A stretch of DNA of 64,000 nucleotides. It comes from an uncultured delta proteobacterium. Lineage in GTDB: Bacteria > Desulfobacterota > RBG-13-43-22. The position numbers and the translations under genes are program-made. The stretch's first letter is position 1, and each line of letters starts with the position of its first letter. The notes under the pieces are model-generated. The model saw nothing but the letters and a program-made list of their open reading frames with translations. It made no database searches and was not told where the DNA came from. The stretch covers positions 32,001 to 96,000 of the forward strand of contig CAWDKY010000029.1 in the NCBI GenBank assembly GCA_963802945.1, read 5' to 3'. Of this stretch, positions 10,831-22,048 are shown piece after piece.

Positions 10831-11691
10831 TTATAATCCTCTCGCGATGAATACGTCCCCCCATCCTTGTTGTTTCAGCCGGTGATAGGCCTCTTGGGCC
10901 CTTTTTCGGGTCTCCCAGATTCCAAAAACAGTAGAGCCGCTTCCGCTCATTAAGGCCTGAAGGCACCCTTGCTCCAATAAAATTTTTTTAATTTTCACCA
11001 GTTCCGGGAAGGAAGGCTGGACGAATGCTTCCAAATCGTTTATTAAAAGTTCTTTGCTCGGTAGCTCTTCTTTGGCCTTTAACCTTTTTATGTTAAATGT
11101 TTTTCCCTTTTTTGTCAATGGGAATTTAACCTGATGATAAGCCCAAGAAGTTGAAATGGGAAATCCTGGGTAAATCAAGACATACCACCAGGAAGGAAAT
11201 GCCGGCCAGGGTTCTATACGCTCTCCCCTGCCCAAAACCAGGGCCGTTTCTTTAGATAAAAAGAAGGGGACGTCAGATCCGATTCGAGAGGCTAAGACCC
11301 GCAGACGTTCCGGTAGAATAGGCCTCCCTAACCATTGGTTTATACCAAACAAAACAGCCGCAGCGTCGCTGCTTCCCCCTCCCAAACCGCCTCCGATGGG
11401 AATTTTTTTTATCAGGCGGATAGAAAAGGGTAAGGGAAGGTCCAGTTCTTTTTCCAGGAGATGGACAGCACGAAGGACCAGGTTGGATTCATTTTCCAAT
11501 TCCGGGTGGTTGGGGCAATGGATTTCCAAACCTTTGGACCCGGTCTTGATCCAGAGGGTGTCGAATAAACGGATGGGTTGCATCAGAGACCGGATTTCGT
11601 GATAACCGTCGGCCCTTTTCTTTAGGATTTCTAGGGAAAGATTGACTTTGGCCGGGGCCAGGATTTTGATTCTTTTGGAAAGGGGTTCCAT
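10831..11691 (-). CDS. ispE: 4-diphosphocytidyl-2-C-methyl-D-erythritol kinase
   Basis: APAKVNL, IPIGGGLGGGSSDAA, MSGSGSTVF. Confidence 0.97.
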   Translation of the reverse strand: MEPLSKRIKILAPAKVNLSLEILKKRADGYHEIRSLMQPIRLFDTLWIKTGSKGLEIHCPNHPELENESNLVLRAVHLLEKELDLPLPFSIRLIKKIPIGGGLGGGSSDAAAVLFGINQWLGRPILPERLRVLASRIGSDVPFFLSKETALVLGRGERIEPWPAFPSWWYVLIYPGFPISTSWAYHQVKFPLTKKGKTFNIKRLKAKEELPSKELLINDLEAFVQPSFPELVKIKKILLEQGCLQALMSGSGSTVFGIWETRKRAQEAYHRLKQQGWGDVFIARGL

Positions 11692-11866
11692 AAAAACAGA
11701 CTATGAATATTTGAAAAATCTGTCCTTAAACCTAAGACAACAACACAAATAAGTTGGAGTAATGGAGTGTTGGAGTCATGATCTGATAGAATCAGTACTC
11801 CGTTACTCCATTACTCCAATTGGGAAAGTTAGAAGAAAGGTTAAGAATTCCTGACCGAGGATCTAT

Positions 11867-13333
11867 TTATTCCCCCAGACGAAGGCTGACGAAGAGATTC
11901 ATCCCCCCCCGTTTGACCCGGAGAAGCACATTCCCTCCTTTTTTGATACTATTGATCAGATGTTGATAGGTTTTGAGGTCCTTAACCGGTTTTCGGTTTA
12001 CCTCTTTAATCAAATCCCCTTCTTGAATACCGGCTTCATCGGCCGGGCTTCCTTCTTGAACCTGGGTAACTAAAATTCCTGGTTCGTAATCCATCCTGTA
12101 ATGTCTGGCCAGTTCTGGGGTGAATTCCTGGACGGACAATCCTAAACTTTCTTTGCCCTGAGAAGGACCGGCAGCCATTTGTTTGTCGTCCAATTCCTGC
12201 ACCTGCACTTTGAAGGTTTGGATCTTGCCTTCCCTCAGCACTTTAACCTCGGCCATCTTACCCACCGGAACAGCCGCCACTAGACGTGGGAGTTCGTTCA
12301 TTTCTTTGATGGCCTTGCCGTCAAATTCAATGATGATGTCTCCCGGTTTGATGCCCGCCTTATCAGCCGGGCTTCCAGGGGTTACATCCCCGACCAAGGC
12401 GCCGGCTTCATCTTTGAGATTAAAGGATTTGGCCAGGTCCGGAGTCACTTTTTGTATCATGACACCCAGCCAGCCGCGGGTAACTTTGCCTTTATCCTTT
12501 AATTGGGATAGAAGATCCTTGGCCGTATTGATGGGAATGGCGAATCCTATACCCTGACCGCCGGCAAAGATGGCCGTATTGATACCGATCACTTCTCCTT
12601 TGAGATTGATCAAGGGACCTCCGCTGTTTCCGGGGTTGATGGAGGCATCGGTTTGAAGAAAATTATCATAAGGCCCGGCACCGATAACCCGTCCCTTGGC
12701 ACTGATGATACCGGCCGTAACCGTATGATCCAGGCCGAAGGGATTGCCGATGGCCACCACCCAATCACCGACCCGAATCTCATCGGAATCCCCAAGTTTA
12801 ATCAGTTGAAGCCCTTTCCAGGATTTGATCTTGATCAAGGCCAGGTCGGTTTTTGCATCCCGGCCGATTACCTTGGCATCAAACTCCTTGTGGTCTTTTA
12901 AGATGACCTTGATTTCATCGGCATCCTCGACGACATGGTAATTGGTCAGGATATGCCCGTCTTCATCAATGATGAACCCTGACCCCAGACTTTTTTGTTT
13001 GTATTCTCTTTGTTGGGGGATATCTCCTCCGAAAAATCTTTCAAAAAAATCGTCCATTGGATTTCTTCGATCTCTCGGCCCTCTAAAGAAGTCAAAGACC
13101 TGGCCTCCCCCTCTAACCCTTTTGGTGGTACTAATATTGACCACGGCCGGGGAGACTACCTGGGCCAAATCAGCAAAGGAAGGGACTCCGCTCATAGTTG
13201 GTATTTCGGTTTTGGCTGATAGGGGATGGGTCCAATTCAGATTGGCGGCAATAATCAACCCGGCAATCAGCGATAACAGAGAAACCCCGATCAGTGTCCA
13301 TAGATAACGGTGTTTTTTAATTGTTTCCGGCAT
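11867..13333 (-). CDS. degP: DegP/DegQ (HtrA) serine endoprotease with two PDZ domains
   Basis: LGSGFII, TNYHV, DLAL, QTDASINPGNSGGPL. Confidence 0.93.
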   Translation of the reverse strand: MPETIKKHRYLWTLIGVSLLSLIAGLIIAANLNWTHPLSAKTEIPTMSGVPSFADLAQVVSPAVVNISTTKRVRGGGQVFDFFRGPRDRRNPMDDFFERFFGGDIPQQREYKQKSLGSGFIIDEDGHILTNYHVVEDADEIKVILKDHKEFDAKVIGRDAKTDLALIKIKSWKGLQLIKLGDSDEIRVGDWVVAIGNPFGLDHTVTAGIISAKGRVIGAGPYDNFLQTDASINPGNSGGPLINLKGEVIGINTAIFAGGQGIGFAIPINTAKDLLSQLKDKGKVTRGWLGVMIQKVTPDLAKSFNLKDEAGALVGDVTPGSPADKAGIKPGDIIIEFDGKAIKEMNELPRLVAAVPVGKMAEVKVLREGKIQTFKVQVQELDDKQMAAGPSQGKESLGLSVQEFTPELARHYRMDYEPGILVTQVQEGSPADEAGIQEGDLIKEVNRKPVKDLKTYQHLINSIKKGGNVLLRVKRGGMNLFVSLRLGE

Positions 13334-13464
13334 AAAAACCTCCTCTTGATTTAGCCGCCCTTTGGATAAGTGGGGGCGGCTGGCAAACCTATCTATAACT
13401 AAATGGTTGACGATTTATAGTACCTTGAACCTTAGACCTCAAACCTTTGACCTTGTCCCTTGAT

Positions 13465-13860
13465 TTAGGATGCCCGTATAAAGGCCATCCGTAAATCGTA
13501 TAACATACCTTCCAAGAGTTTTAACTCTTCTTCAGATAAATTTCCCTGGGTCTTTTCTTTCAGCATGGCCAGGGTATTGATGGCATGCTTGGCCATTGGT
13601 AGATCTTTTTGCTTTTCCCCTGAAACCGGATGGGGGAATTCTCCTAAATGAAATAAGACCTCGGTGCTCAAGGAGACGATAAAAGTGGAGAAATTGACCT
13701 CGGGCAAGGGAGGATGAGGAGGAGATTCTTTCTGTTCGGTTTTTTCCTGAACTGGTTCCTCTTTGGGTTGGGTTTTCCCCGGCTCAGGTTCTTGATCTGA
13801 TTCCGAAAAGATTTTCCTGCGGTCTTTAAATACAAAGCCTTTTTCCTCGTTTTCGGCCAT
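13465..13860 (-). CDS. DUF1844 family protein
   Basis: VNFSTFIVSL...AKHAINTLAMLKEKTQGNL; start reset to MAENEE after AGGAGG. Confidence 0.85.
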   Translation of the reverse strand: MAENEEKGFVFKDRRKIFSESDQEPEPGKTQPKEEPVQEKTEQKESPPHPPLPEVNFSTFIVSLSTEVLFHLGEFPHPVSGEKQKDLPMAKHAINTLAMLKEKTQGNLSEEELKLLEGMLYDLRMAFIRAS

Positions 13861-14253
13861 GGTCCAATTCCCTCCTTGCTTATCCTTTTTTTCTTCCTTT
13901 TTCAGAGGTTGTAATATTCTATTATAAATACAAATTATAAAAAAATCAATACCTCTTTCCCCTGTAAAAAGAGAAAATCCCAGGAAACCTAAGTTTTTTC
14001 CAGGCCAATTTTCTTCTTTGGGGTAGGCCTGCTCCGGAAACATCATTCAAGTTTTGGCCCGGCAAAGAAGCTCACGGCCTTTTAATGGGCAACCCAGAAA
14101 AAAGACTACTTAACCTCATTTTTATTAAAGATGAACCTATCCAATGGTTTTAAAAAAATGAAGAGGGAAAAGTTTTACTATTATTGACACTTGGTAGGGG
14201 AAGAAGTTAAAATGAGGCGTCTTAAAAACACCGTTAACGATAATGGGAAACCC

Positions 14254-14475
14254 GTGAATTATTTTGCAGGAATAGGCAAGGCGCTCCTTATTTTGGGACT
14301 GGTTTTAGTTCTTTTAGGGGGTGTCCTCATGCTTTTGCCCAAGATTCCTTGGATCGGGAAATTGCCCGGAGATATCTTTTTTAAGGGAGAGAAGGTTTCT
14401 ATTTATTTTCCGATCACCACCTGCCTCATTATCAGTATTCTCTTGACCATCCTATTCAGATTATTCCGAAGGTAG
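14254..14475 (+). CDS. DUF2905 family membrane protein
   Basis: GKLPGDI...YFPITTCLIIS motif; start approximate. Confidence 0.85.
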   Translation: MNYFAGIGKALLILGLVLVLLGGVLMLLPKIPWIGKLPGDIFFKGEKVSIYFPITTCLIISILLTILFRLFRR

Positions 14476-14955
14476 TTTCTTATAGCGGGAAATAATTCTA
14501 TGGATGATTTCTGAGGTGGAAATCAAAGGGACCAGATCGACTCTATGCACTTTTCCACCGTAAGATTGAACCAGATCGGCTCCGATAATTTTGTCCCTAG
14601 ACCAGTCAGCCCCTTTAACCAGGACATTGGGCCTGATTTCTTCGATCAACTTGAAGGGATCGGCCTCATCAAACAGGACTATATAATCAACACATTCCAA
14701 AGCTGCCAACACCTCGGCCCGCTGATCTTCAGAAATTAAAGGACGAGCCGGGTCTTTGATCTGCCGCATTGATTGATCGCTGTTCAAACCGATGATCAGA
14801 CAGTCTCCCAGTCCCTTGGCTTCCTTAAGATAGCGGACATGGCCGACATGCAGGAGATCAAAGCATCCGTTGGTAAAAACGATTTTTCGCCTCTTCTTTT
14901 TCAGATCTTTCATCAAAAGGGTAAGCTGAGGGCGAGGGATAATTTTATTTTTCAT
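14461..14955 (-). CDS. rfaE2: D-glycero-beta-D-manno-heptose 1-phosphate adenylyltransferase
   Basis: VFTNGCFDLLHVGHVRYL, GLNSD, LVKGADW. Confidence 0.93.
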   Translation of the reverse strand: MKNKIIPRPQLTLLMKDLKKKRRKIVFTNGCFDLLHVGHVRYLKEAKGLGDCLIIGLNSDQSMRQIKDPARPLISEDQRAEVLAALECVDYIVLFDEADPFKLIEEIRPNVLVKGADWSRDKIIGADLVQSYGGKVHRVDLVPLISTSEIIHRIISRYKKLPSE

Positions 14956-15716
14956 TCAGCTCCTACCCGGGCCAGGGTCAAGACAAGGACTTCCTTGGCC
15001 CCGGATTTTTTTAAAATCCTGGCACATTCGTTCACTGTTGCTCCGGTGGTAAAGACATCATCGACTAAAAGAACACTTTTGTCCATTATTTCCTGTTGGT
15101 CCTTAACGGCAAAGGCCCCGCGGACATTCTTGGCCCGTTCCGAATGATCCAGTTGAACCTGAGGAACGGTATTCTTAATTCGTCGGAGTCCCTTGGCCAA
15201 GACTCTTTTGTTGTGAATCTTTCCTAGGATTTTTCCTAATAAAAGGGCTTGATTAAAACCCCTTTCCCGCAGCCGAGCCGGATGAAGCGGGACTGGGATG
15301 ATGGCCTCAAAGGAAAGGGTTTCCAAATTTATTTTATTCCAGAACCAACCCAACGGGTGGGCCAGATGGATATCCCCTTGATACTTAAACCGCTGGATGG
15401 CCTCGGCAAAAATCCCTTCATACAAAACCGCAGCCCGGCCCCAATCAAAAAAAAGTTTCTGTTGGAGACAGTCGGAACATAGGTGTGCAGTCGACCCTTT
15501 GGGGAAAGGCCGGCCGCAGCGTTGACAGTATGGAGGAAGCATCCATTGAATGTCTTTTTCGCATGCCGGACACAGACCGGGAATTTCTTCTCCTTGGATC
15601 TTTAACAATGTCCGGCAAAAAGGACATTTCTCTGGGAAGAAGAGGGAGAAAAATCCGGCTGGCCAAGAAGCCTTTATCCCATGTGTTCGATGAGGGATCG
15701 ACCAAATTGGGAACAT
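14952..15716 (-). CDS. comF: ComF family protein (zinc ribbon + phosphoribosyltransferase)
   Basis: CxxC pairs, [26 protein letters not shown]. Confidence 0.9.
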   Translation of the reverse strand: MFPIWSIPHRTHGIKASWPAGFFSLFFPEKCPFCRTLLKIQGEEIPGLCPACEKDIQWMLPPYCQRCGRPFPKGSTAHLCSDCLQQKLFFDWGRAAVLYEGIFAEAIQRFKYQGDIHLAHPLGWFWNKINLETLSFEAIIPVPLHPARLRERGFNQALLLGKILGKIHNKRVLAKGLRRIKNTVPQVQLDHSERAKNVRGAFAVKDQQEIMDKSVLLVDDVFTTGATVNECARILKKSGAKEVLVLTLARVGAE

Positions 15717-16870
15717 GAGACCTCATGAGCATTGGCCATTTGGCGGGCCAGATCATAGGTGACCTCGCCTTTCGAGATGGTCCTTGACAGACCCTTATAA
15801 ATTAAGTCCGCGGCTTGCTGCCAGCCAAGATGCTCCAATAACAGGGCACCGGAAAGGATCAAAGAACCTGGGTTAACTTTATCCAGGCCGGCATATTGCG
15901 GGGCTGAGCCATGGGTGGCTTCAAAGACGGCGCAATCGTCACCCAGGTTGGCCCCAGGGGCCATGCCCAAGCCTCCAACCTGCGCAGCCAGGGCATCGGA
16001 AAGATAATCCCCGTTAAGATTACTGGTGGCAATGACCGAGTATTCGGTCGGACGTAAAAGGACTTGCTGAAACATCATATCGGCAATCCGGTCTTTGATG
16101 ATGACTTTTTTATGAGATTTGTCTCCCTTCCGTTGTTTTTGAAGTTTCGCTTCGGTTATGGTTTCCTTGGGGAATTCTTGCTTTGCCAGTTCATAGCCCC
16201 AATCCCGGAAGGCCCCTTCGGTGAATTTCATGATATTGCCTTTATGGACTAAGGTGACACTCGGTTTGTTCCGGCGTAGGGCGTATTCGACGGCCCGGCG
16301 AACCAGGCGCCTGGTTCCCGAACGACTGATAGGTTTTATTCCCAGGCCTGAATCAATGTTTAGTTTTTTACCGGTCTTTTTTTGGATCCATTCGATGAGC
16401 TCACGGACTTCTTCACTTTCTGCCGGCCATTCAATTCCGGAATAGACGTCCTCGGTATTTTCTCTGAAGATGACCATGTCTACTAATTCGGGATGGCGCA
16501 CAGGGCTGGGCACCCCGGCAAAAAAACGGATGGGTCGAAGACAGACATAGAGGTCTAATTGCTGCCTCAGCTGGACATTAAGGCTTCGGATTCCTTTTCC
16601 TATTGGTGTGGTTAAGGGGCCTTTTAGGGCCAATCCGTTTTGACGAATCGTAGCCAGGGTTTTTTCCGGCAGCCATTCTCCTGTTTGGGCCTGGGCCTTT
16701 TCACCGGCCAGGACTTCCAGCCATTCAATTTTTCGTTGTCCTGAATAGGCTTTTTGGACAGCAGCTTCCAAAACCGGCCGGGTGGCCCGCCAGATATCCG
16801 GACCGGTTCCATCCCCTTCGATAAAAGGGACCGAAATAGAATCGGGAATATCAGCTCTCCAAAAAGGCAT
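15674..16870 (-). CDS. icd: NADP-dependent isocitrate dehydrogenase
   Basis: [41 protein letters not shown]. Confidence 0.96.
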   Translation of the reverse strand: MPFWRADIPDSISVPFIEGDGTGPDIWRATRPVLEAAVQKAYSGQRKIEWLEVLAGEKAQAQTGEWLPEKTLATIRQNGLALKGPLTTPIGKGIRSLNVQLRQQLDLYVCLRPIRFFAGVPSPVRHPELVDMVIFRENTEDVYSGIEWPAESEEVRELIEWIQKKTGKKLNIDSGLGIKPISRSGTRRLVRRAVEYALRRNKPSVTLVHKGNIMKFTEGAFRDWGYELAKQEFPKETITEAKLQKQRKGDKSHKKVIIKDRIADMMFQQVLLRPTEYSVIATSNLNGDYLSDALAAQVGGLGMAPGANLGDDCAVFEATHGSAPQYAGLDKVNPGSLILSGALLLEHLGWQQAADLIYKGLSRTISKGEVTYDLARQMANAHEVSCSQFGRSLIEHMG

Positions 16871-16962
16871 TGAAAAACCTGTTACAAAATTGAGACGGTT
16901 ATGGAAAATTCGGGAAATTGATGGCCCGAACCTTTTAAAACAGTCATCAGGAAAAGTTAGGT

Positions 16963-17220
16963 TTAGGGTGTGATTTTAGTTATCGTATCATGTTCACGGA
17001 CTTTTTCCGGAACTTTGATGCCGATCAAATCCCCGGCAACGGCCTCGTTAATAGGCTTGTTGTCTTTTTGCATGCTGTCCAAGGTCATTTCAAAATCCGT
17101 AGTGTGCCCTTTGAATTTCAAGGTATCTCCAAGGGAAATCTTGCCTTGAGTTACCTCAATTGCGGCTACCCCGATCTTGGAAAAATAGGTTCGAACAACT
17201 CCAATGATTTCTTCACTCAT
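16963..17220 (-). CDS. Translation elongation factor-like small beta-barrel protein
   Basis: [10 protein letters not shown]...GHTTDF...KVREHD pattern. Confidence 0.75.
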   Translation of the reverse strand: MSEEIIGVVRTYFSKIGVAAIEVTQGKISLGDTLKFKGHTTDFEMTLDSMQKDNKPINEAVAGDLIGIKVPEKVREHDTITKITP

Positions 17221-17425
17221 TCGATTACCCTCCTTTTTAAGGTCTGTCCCGATAAATTATCTTAAATAAATACCGAACTCTTCCCATTAAGGTGGACGTT
17301 ATAAAGATTTTATTTAGTATCTTTAACAGGTTAAGGATGAAATGTCAAGAGAAACTATGAAGGGTGAATAATGTCTTGTTTTCTCTTAAGCTCTTCGTTT
17401 GGAGTAGTGCAGAAAGGCCAGGGGG

Positions 17426-18034
17426 TTAAGTAAAAAACGGATTGTATTTTCTTTCGTAACCGATGGTGGTGTCTGGGCCGTGTCCGGGATAGACCTTGAC
17501 ATCATCGCCCAAGACAAAAAGGCGTTTTCTGACGCAGGAGATCAGCAGGTCGTAATCTCCGCCTGGAAAGTCGGTTCTGCCGATGGAACCGGCAAATAAG
17601 GTATCTCCCACAAAAACGCATTTGGGCGTGTACAGGGATATGCCGCCAAGGGAATGTCCCGGGGTGTGAATCACTTCCAGGGTGATTTGTCCGAAAGCAA
17701 TCCGGTCTCCATCTTTTATGAATTGGTCGGCCTTGGATGTTTGAGAGCCCAGGCCCCACATGCCTCCACCGTGCGCAAGCATCGGGGCATCCTCTCGATG
17801 AATCAAAATAGGTGCCCCGGTCAGGTCTTTTAAGGCTTTGTTGGCCCCCACGTGGTCAAAATGCCCGTGGGTGTTGATGATATATTTTATTTTAAGGCCG
17901 TGTTTTTGCAGACCGGCCAGGATGCGTTTGGCTTCAGCTCCGGGATCAATGACCACGGCCTCCTTGGTTTGTTCACAACCTAAAATATAGCAATTGGCCT
18001 GGATCATGCCCACGGCTAACGATAGAATAATCAC
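17426..18034 (-). CDS. MBL-fold metallo-hydrolase (glyoxalase II-like)
   Basis: THGHFDHVG, TPGHS, GDTLF, PGHG. Confidence 0.92.
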   Translation of the reverse strand: MIILSLAVGMIQANCYILGCEQTKEAVVIDPGAEAKRILAGLQKHGLKIKYIINTHGHFDHVGANKALKDLTGAPILIHREDAPMLAHGGGMWGLGSQTSKADQFIKDGDRIAFGQITLEVIHTPGHSLGGISLYTPKCVFVGDTLFAGSIGRTDFPGGDYDLLISCVRKRLFVLGDDVKVYPGHGPDTTIGYERKYNPFFT

Positions 18035-18269
18035 ATTTTCCTCCTAAATAGAACTTACCTTTAGCTCAAAGCTCAAGGCTCAAAGCTAAAAGGAAAAGCA
18101 TTTTTTTGTTATGAGTTTGCTGTTTTTTTATCTAAATAGGTATTCTTTCCCCCATTGCAGGGCATTGATAAAATTTTGCAAGAAGAGATGGGCAAAGACA
18201 ATTTATTGGATTGGAATTATTGAGTCAAGGAAAAAGCAGGGTTGATAACTGTCGGACCTCTGGCCTGTC

Positions 18270-19211
18270 CTATCCTGATGGACTTCCTTGTTTAGCGACC
18301 AGGATTCCAAACAAGACCATTATCCCTCCAAAGGCCTGCCAGCTTCCAAGGGCTTCTTGAAGCAGGACCCAGGCCAGCAAGGCCGCCGCAACCGGCTGAA
18401 CCAGTAAGACCACCGAGGAAAAAGAGGCCGGGAGATGGGCCAGGGCGAAGGCAATGAGACTCTGACCGGCCACTTGGGAGATCAGGGCCAGACCGATTAA
18501 CACCATCCATCCTTGAAGGCTTGAAATAGATAAGCTTTCCCCGGATAACAAGGTAATCGGCAACAGGGCCAGGGCGGTTACCAGGCTACTCCAAGCCATA
18601 ATGGTAGCAGTGGGAAATCGTTCACGAAGAGATTTAACTGATAGGAGGTATCCGGCATAAAAAAGGGCTGCCGTAAAACTCAAGGCATCTCCCCAAAAAT
18701 GCTGAAGACTGATCTGGAAGCTATTGCCGGCGATCATGGCCATGCCCGATAAGGCCAGAACCATACCGAGGAGAAAAATCATTCGCACGCCCTGGTGAAA
18801 AATCAACCAGCTACCTAAGGTGACAAAAACCGGTGCAAAGTTGACCAGGAGAGTGGCATTGGCAACGGAAGTCAGTTTGATGGACCAATGCCAGATGGCC
18901 AGATCTCCGGCAAAAAACAAGCCGGCCAGACTTAAGTAAAAATAGTCGGAAAAAGAAGAAGGAGACTGGGTTGCACTTATCCCATCCTTTTTGAAGTTCA
19001 TCCAGAACCAGAGGGGCGGCAGGGCCAGAACAATCCGCCAAAAGGCCGTGGCGCTCGGTCCCACCGGACTGAGCCGGACAAAAATCGGGGCAAAGGCGAT
19101 GGCCAGAGCACCGGCTACTAAAGCCGTCAGAGGCAGACGGCTTCCCGGTCTTTTATCAGGGAAGGATGGATGACTCGTTTCAGCTTCTGATTGACTAACC
19201 CTGAAACTCAT
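18270..19211 (-). CDS. DMT/EamA family transporter
   Basis: About 10 TM helices, duplicated EamA pattern. Confidence 0.87.
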   Translation of the reverse strand: MSFRVSQSEAETSHPSFPDKRPGSRLPLTALVAGALAIAFAPIFVRLSPVGPSATAFWRIVLALPPLWFWMNFKKDGISATQSPSSFSDYFYLSLAGLFFAGDLAIWHWSIKLTSVANATLLVNFAPVFVTLGSWLIFHQGVRMIFLLGMVLALSGMAMIAGNSFQISLQHFWGDALSFTAALFYAGYLLSVKSLRERFPTATIMAWSSLVTALALLPITLLSGESLSISSLQGWMVLIGLALISQVAGQSLIAFALAHLPASFSSVVLLVQPVAAALLAWVLLQEALGSWQAFGGIMVLFGILVAKQGSPSG

Positions 19212-20494
19212 CCCGTTTTTTCATCCCCCATGAGGTGATTTTCTGATATCGCTGTTAAGGATTTGATCCTCTCCAACAGCGGGGGATGGGAATAATGGAA
19301 TCGGACATAGAGGGGATGGGGAAAAAGATTGCTCAAATTGTCGGAGGCCAGGCGCTTTAATCCGGTGATCATGGCCTGGGAAGAGTTAAGCATCCTGACG
19401 GCAAAACCGTCGGCCTGGCGCTCAAACCGCCTGGACAAGGCCATGGACAAGGGCATCAGAAAAAAACCGGCCTTCTGCCAAAAGATCCCGATCAGCAAAA
19501 GACCCGCATAGGCCCTGGGATTATTAAACCCGAAGGTTTGATACAGGAATGGCCAGTCGATCAGAAGATAGGTCAGATAGAAAAAAACCAACATGGCTGA
19601 TTCAATCAAAAGGAATTGCTTCAAGATATGTTTCTTTTTAAAATGTCCGGCCTCATGGGCCAGAACGGCCAGGACCTCTTCCTGAGGATGGTTCTTGATC
19701 AAGGTATCATAAAGGACGATCCTTTTGGTTTTTCCCAACCCGGTAAAATAGGCATTGGTGTGCCGGCTGCGCTTCCCGGCATCCATCTGAAATATCCCTT
19801 TGATTCGAATACCGGCCTTTTCCATTAATTCACGAATCTTCCCCGCCAGTTCCTGATTCTCGATGGGAATAAATTTATTGAATAGAGGGGCGATCAGGAT
19901 GGGGTACAGGATCGTCAGGAGCAGTTGAACGATGGAAAGGGCCAGGAATCCCCAAAGCCACCATCGATGAGGAGAAAGTTGGATCATCCAGAGAATCAAG
20001 GAAAGGATCAAAGCCAAGAGGATTAGAGACAAAGCCCCGGCCTTGATCTGATCCATGATCCAGATTCTTTTCGTGGATTGATTAAAGCCGTACTTTTCTT
20101 CAATGACAAAGGTGTCATAATAGTCAAAGGGAAGATCCAAAAAATATGAAATGACGCCGGGAACCAGAAAGAAAAACAGGCCGGCCCAGAGATAAGGAAG
20201 TTGCCAGCCGGAAGTCAGGTGATCCAGAAAGGGGAAAAATCCTGACAGGAGAAAGGTCAGAAGAATGATCTCGTTAAAAAGGCCTTGCCGGATCGAGAAG
20301 CGGCTGTTTTCCAGGGTGTAGGCCATGACTTGGGTCAATTTCTGTTGATCGATAAAACCTTCAAAGAGGGGAGGGACCTTTTGCCCATTTTCTTCAAGAT
20401 ATTTCCGATTCAGGTGCTCCAACCAAAGTGAAAAACCCGTCTGCAGAAGATAGATGGCCAGATACCCGAACAGAAGAACATTAAGCCGAATCAT
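19208..20494 (-). CDS. M48 family (Ste24-like) zinc metallopeptidase
   Basis: NAYFTG, HEAGH, ERQAD, YSHPPL. Confidence 0.93.
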   Translation of the reverse strand: MIRLNVLLFGYLAIYLLQTGFSLWLEHLNRKYLEENGQKVPPLFEGFIDQQKLTQVMAYTLENSRFSIRQGLFNEIILLTFLLSGFFPFLDHLTSGWQLPYLWAGLFFFLVPGVISYFLDLPFDYYDTFVIEEKYGFNQSTKRIWIMDQIKAGALSLILLALILSLILWMIQLSPHRWWLWGFLALSIVQLLLTILYPILIAPLFNKFIPIENQELAGKIRELMEKAGIRIKGIFQMDAGKRSRHTNAYFTGLGKTKRIVLYDTLIKNHPQEEVLAVLAHEAGHFKKKHILKQFLLIESAMLVFFYLTYLLIDWPFLYQTFGFNNPRAYAGLLLIGIFWQKAGFFLMPLSMALSRRFERQADGFAVRMLNSSQAMITGLKRLASDNLSNLFPHPLYVRFHYSHPPLLERIKSLTAISENHLMGDEKTG

Positions 20495-20646
20495 CTTTAA
20501 CGAATCCTCATGGTTTTGTTTCTGTCTGCATTGGGCGTTTTAAGAAAAAAATTTGTTGATAATCCACATAAAGTTCGGTTGAAAATCTGAATAGCCCAAG
20601 AGATTAAATGTAGGGAGGAGGATGAATTGATGACTCTTTGGTATTT

Positions 20647-20997
20647 TGGTGGAGGCGGCGGGAGTTGAACCCGCGTCCGAAAATACATCACTTAGGCCTC
20701 TACATACTTATCCTGGCTATTTAAGATTCGCTTTCCAGGGATCCACCAGGCGGGAGACCTGAAAAGCTAGCCCGTATAAAGTTTCACCCTTCCGCCTACA
20801 GGCCATTCGGTCAGGCTATCCTGCTAATCGTCACCCTTATCTTCCCCGCAGGAAAGAAAGACAGAGTGTCGGCCGACTAAGCGGCCAAGGCGTAATCGTA
20901 GTTGTCTGCGATTATTGTTTCCTATCTGTTTTACGAGCCGATAGGACCTCGGTATGCCACCTAAGCTAAATATCCCCGTCGAAGCCGTTTCGCCCCC
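20647..20997 (-). ncRNA. ssrA: tmRNA, tag peptide ADNYDYALAA
   Basis: 5' GGGGGCGAAACGGCTTCGAC, 3' TTCAACTCCCGCCGCCTCCACCA; tag ORF 20909-20877. Confidence 0.96.
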
Positions 20998-21115
20998 CTT
21001 TCAAAATTGGTATTAACCAACCTATTTTTATTAAATATAAGAAATTTCAGGCCGAAAGTCAAGCTGCTTATTTTTTCTCTACGAATTGTGGCCCGATCCC
21101 TTAAAAACCAAACTA

Positions 21116-21940
21116 TTACCGCCAGGTGATATTAGGTTTATTTCGAAGAGGCATTCGCTGATATTTGTATTTCGGGTATCCGATCATCATGGCCCCATAA
21201 GGGAGGTGATCCTGGGGTAAAGCCAGGGCTTTAAACAGCGGTGGATAAAAGTTGGCTGCGTTATTGAAATATCCTGCCCAGCAGGTGCCCAGTCCAAAGG
21301 AGGTGGCAGCCAACTCCAAATAGGCCAGGGCGATGGTACAAGAAGATTGGCTTGCGGGCAAGGTTGATAATCCATGAGCCACGATCAGATGGGGTGCATT
21401 GCGGCAGATTCGATTAATGCCTTTGTCCCAGGCTTCCACGATTCGGTCCATACGCATCGTTAGGGCATGATCGGGCGTTTCCTTAAGCAGGGAACGCAGC
21501 CAGTCTATGACCATCCCGGCCAGACGTCTTATTTCTTGGGTATCTTCGATAACCAGCCAATCCACCGGTTGAGTGTTGCCGCCCGTTGGGGCATAGCGGG
21601 CGATTTCAATGACCCTGGTCAGAAGATCACGAGGGACCTGTTTTTCTTTATAACTACGTATCGATCTCCGGGAATGCAAAAAATGTTCACAATGCTCCGG
21701 GCTGAGGTCCAGTTCTTTGCGCACAGGAAGACAATCTTTCGGGGTCATGGTTTTTAAAGATAAGGCCCCATGGGGACAGACGGATACACAATGGCCGCAG
21801 TTGATACAGAAGGCTTCGGCCTCGGCAATAGGTTGGGGAAAGCCTTCTTTCCCGATGATTTCGATCAGCAAGCCCGGACATTCGGCCACGCAAAGCCCAT
21901 CCCGCTTGCATTTTTTAGGATCGACCTGAAAAAGAGCCAT
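21116..21940 (-). CDS. Nitroreductase with N-terminal 2x[4Fe-4S] domain
   Basis: CxxxxxCxxxCP and CxxCxxCxxxCP, RRSIR, GLGTCWAG. Confidence 0.9.
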   Translation of the reverse strand: MALFQVDPKKCKRDGLCVAECPGLLIEIIGKEGFPQPIAEAEAFCINCGHCVSVCPHGALSLKTMTPKDCLPVRKELDLSPEHCEHFLHSRRSIRSYKEKQVPRDLLTRVIEIARYAPTGGNTQPVDWLVIEDTQEIRRLAGMVIDWLRSLLKETPDHALTMRMDRIVEAWDKGINRICRNAPHLIVAHGLSTLPASQSSCTIALAYLELAATSFGLGTCWAGYFNNAANFYPPLFKALALPQDHLPYGAMMIGYPKYKYQRMPLRNKPNITWR

Positions 21941-22048
21941 GGTTCATCCTTTCATCTTATTGTGATTTTTTTGCTTTGTATCCATTATTATCTCATGGCC
22001 TTCCAAAGTCAATGGTCACAGTCCTCATGTTTTCCAAGGTTCTGTCTC

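Noticed and set aside
20497-20691. 64-aa ORF MMYFRTRVQLPPPPP
   Set aside because: Shadow of the tmRNA 3' end
20647-20700. ssrA as an island integration site
   Set aside because: No integrase or duplicated 3' end seen nearby
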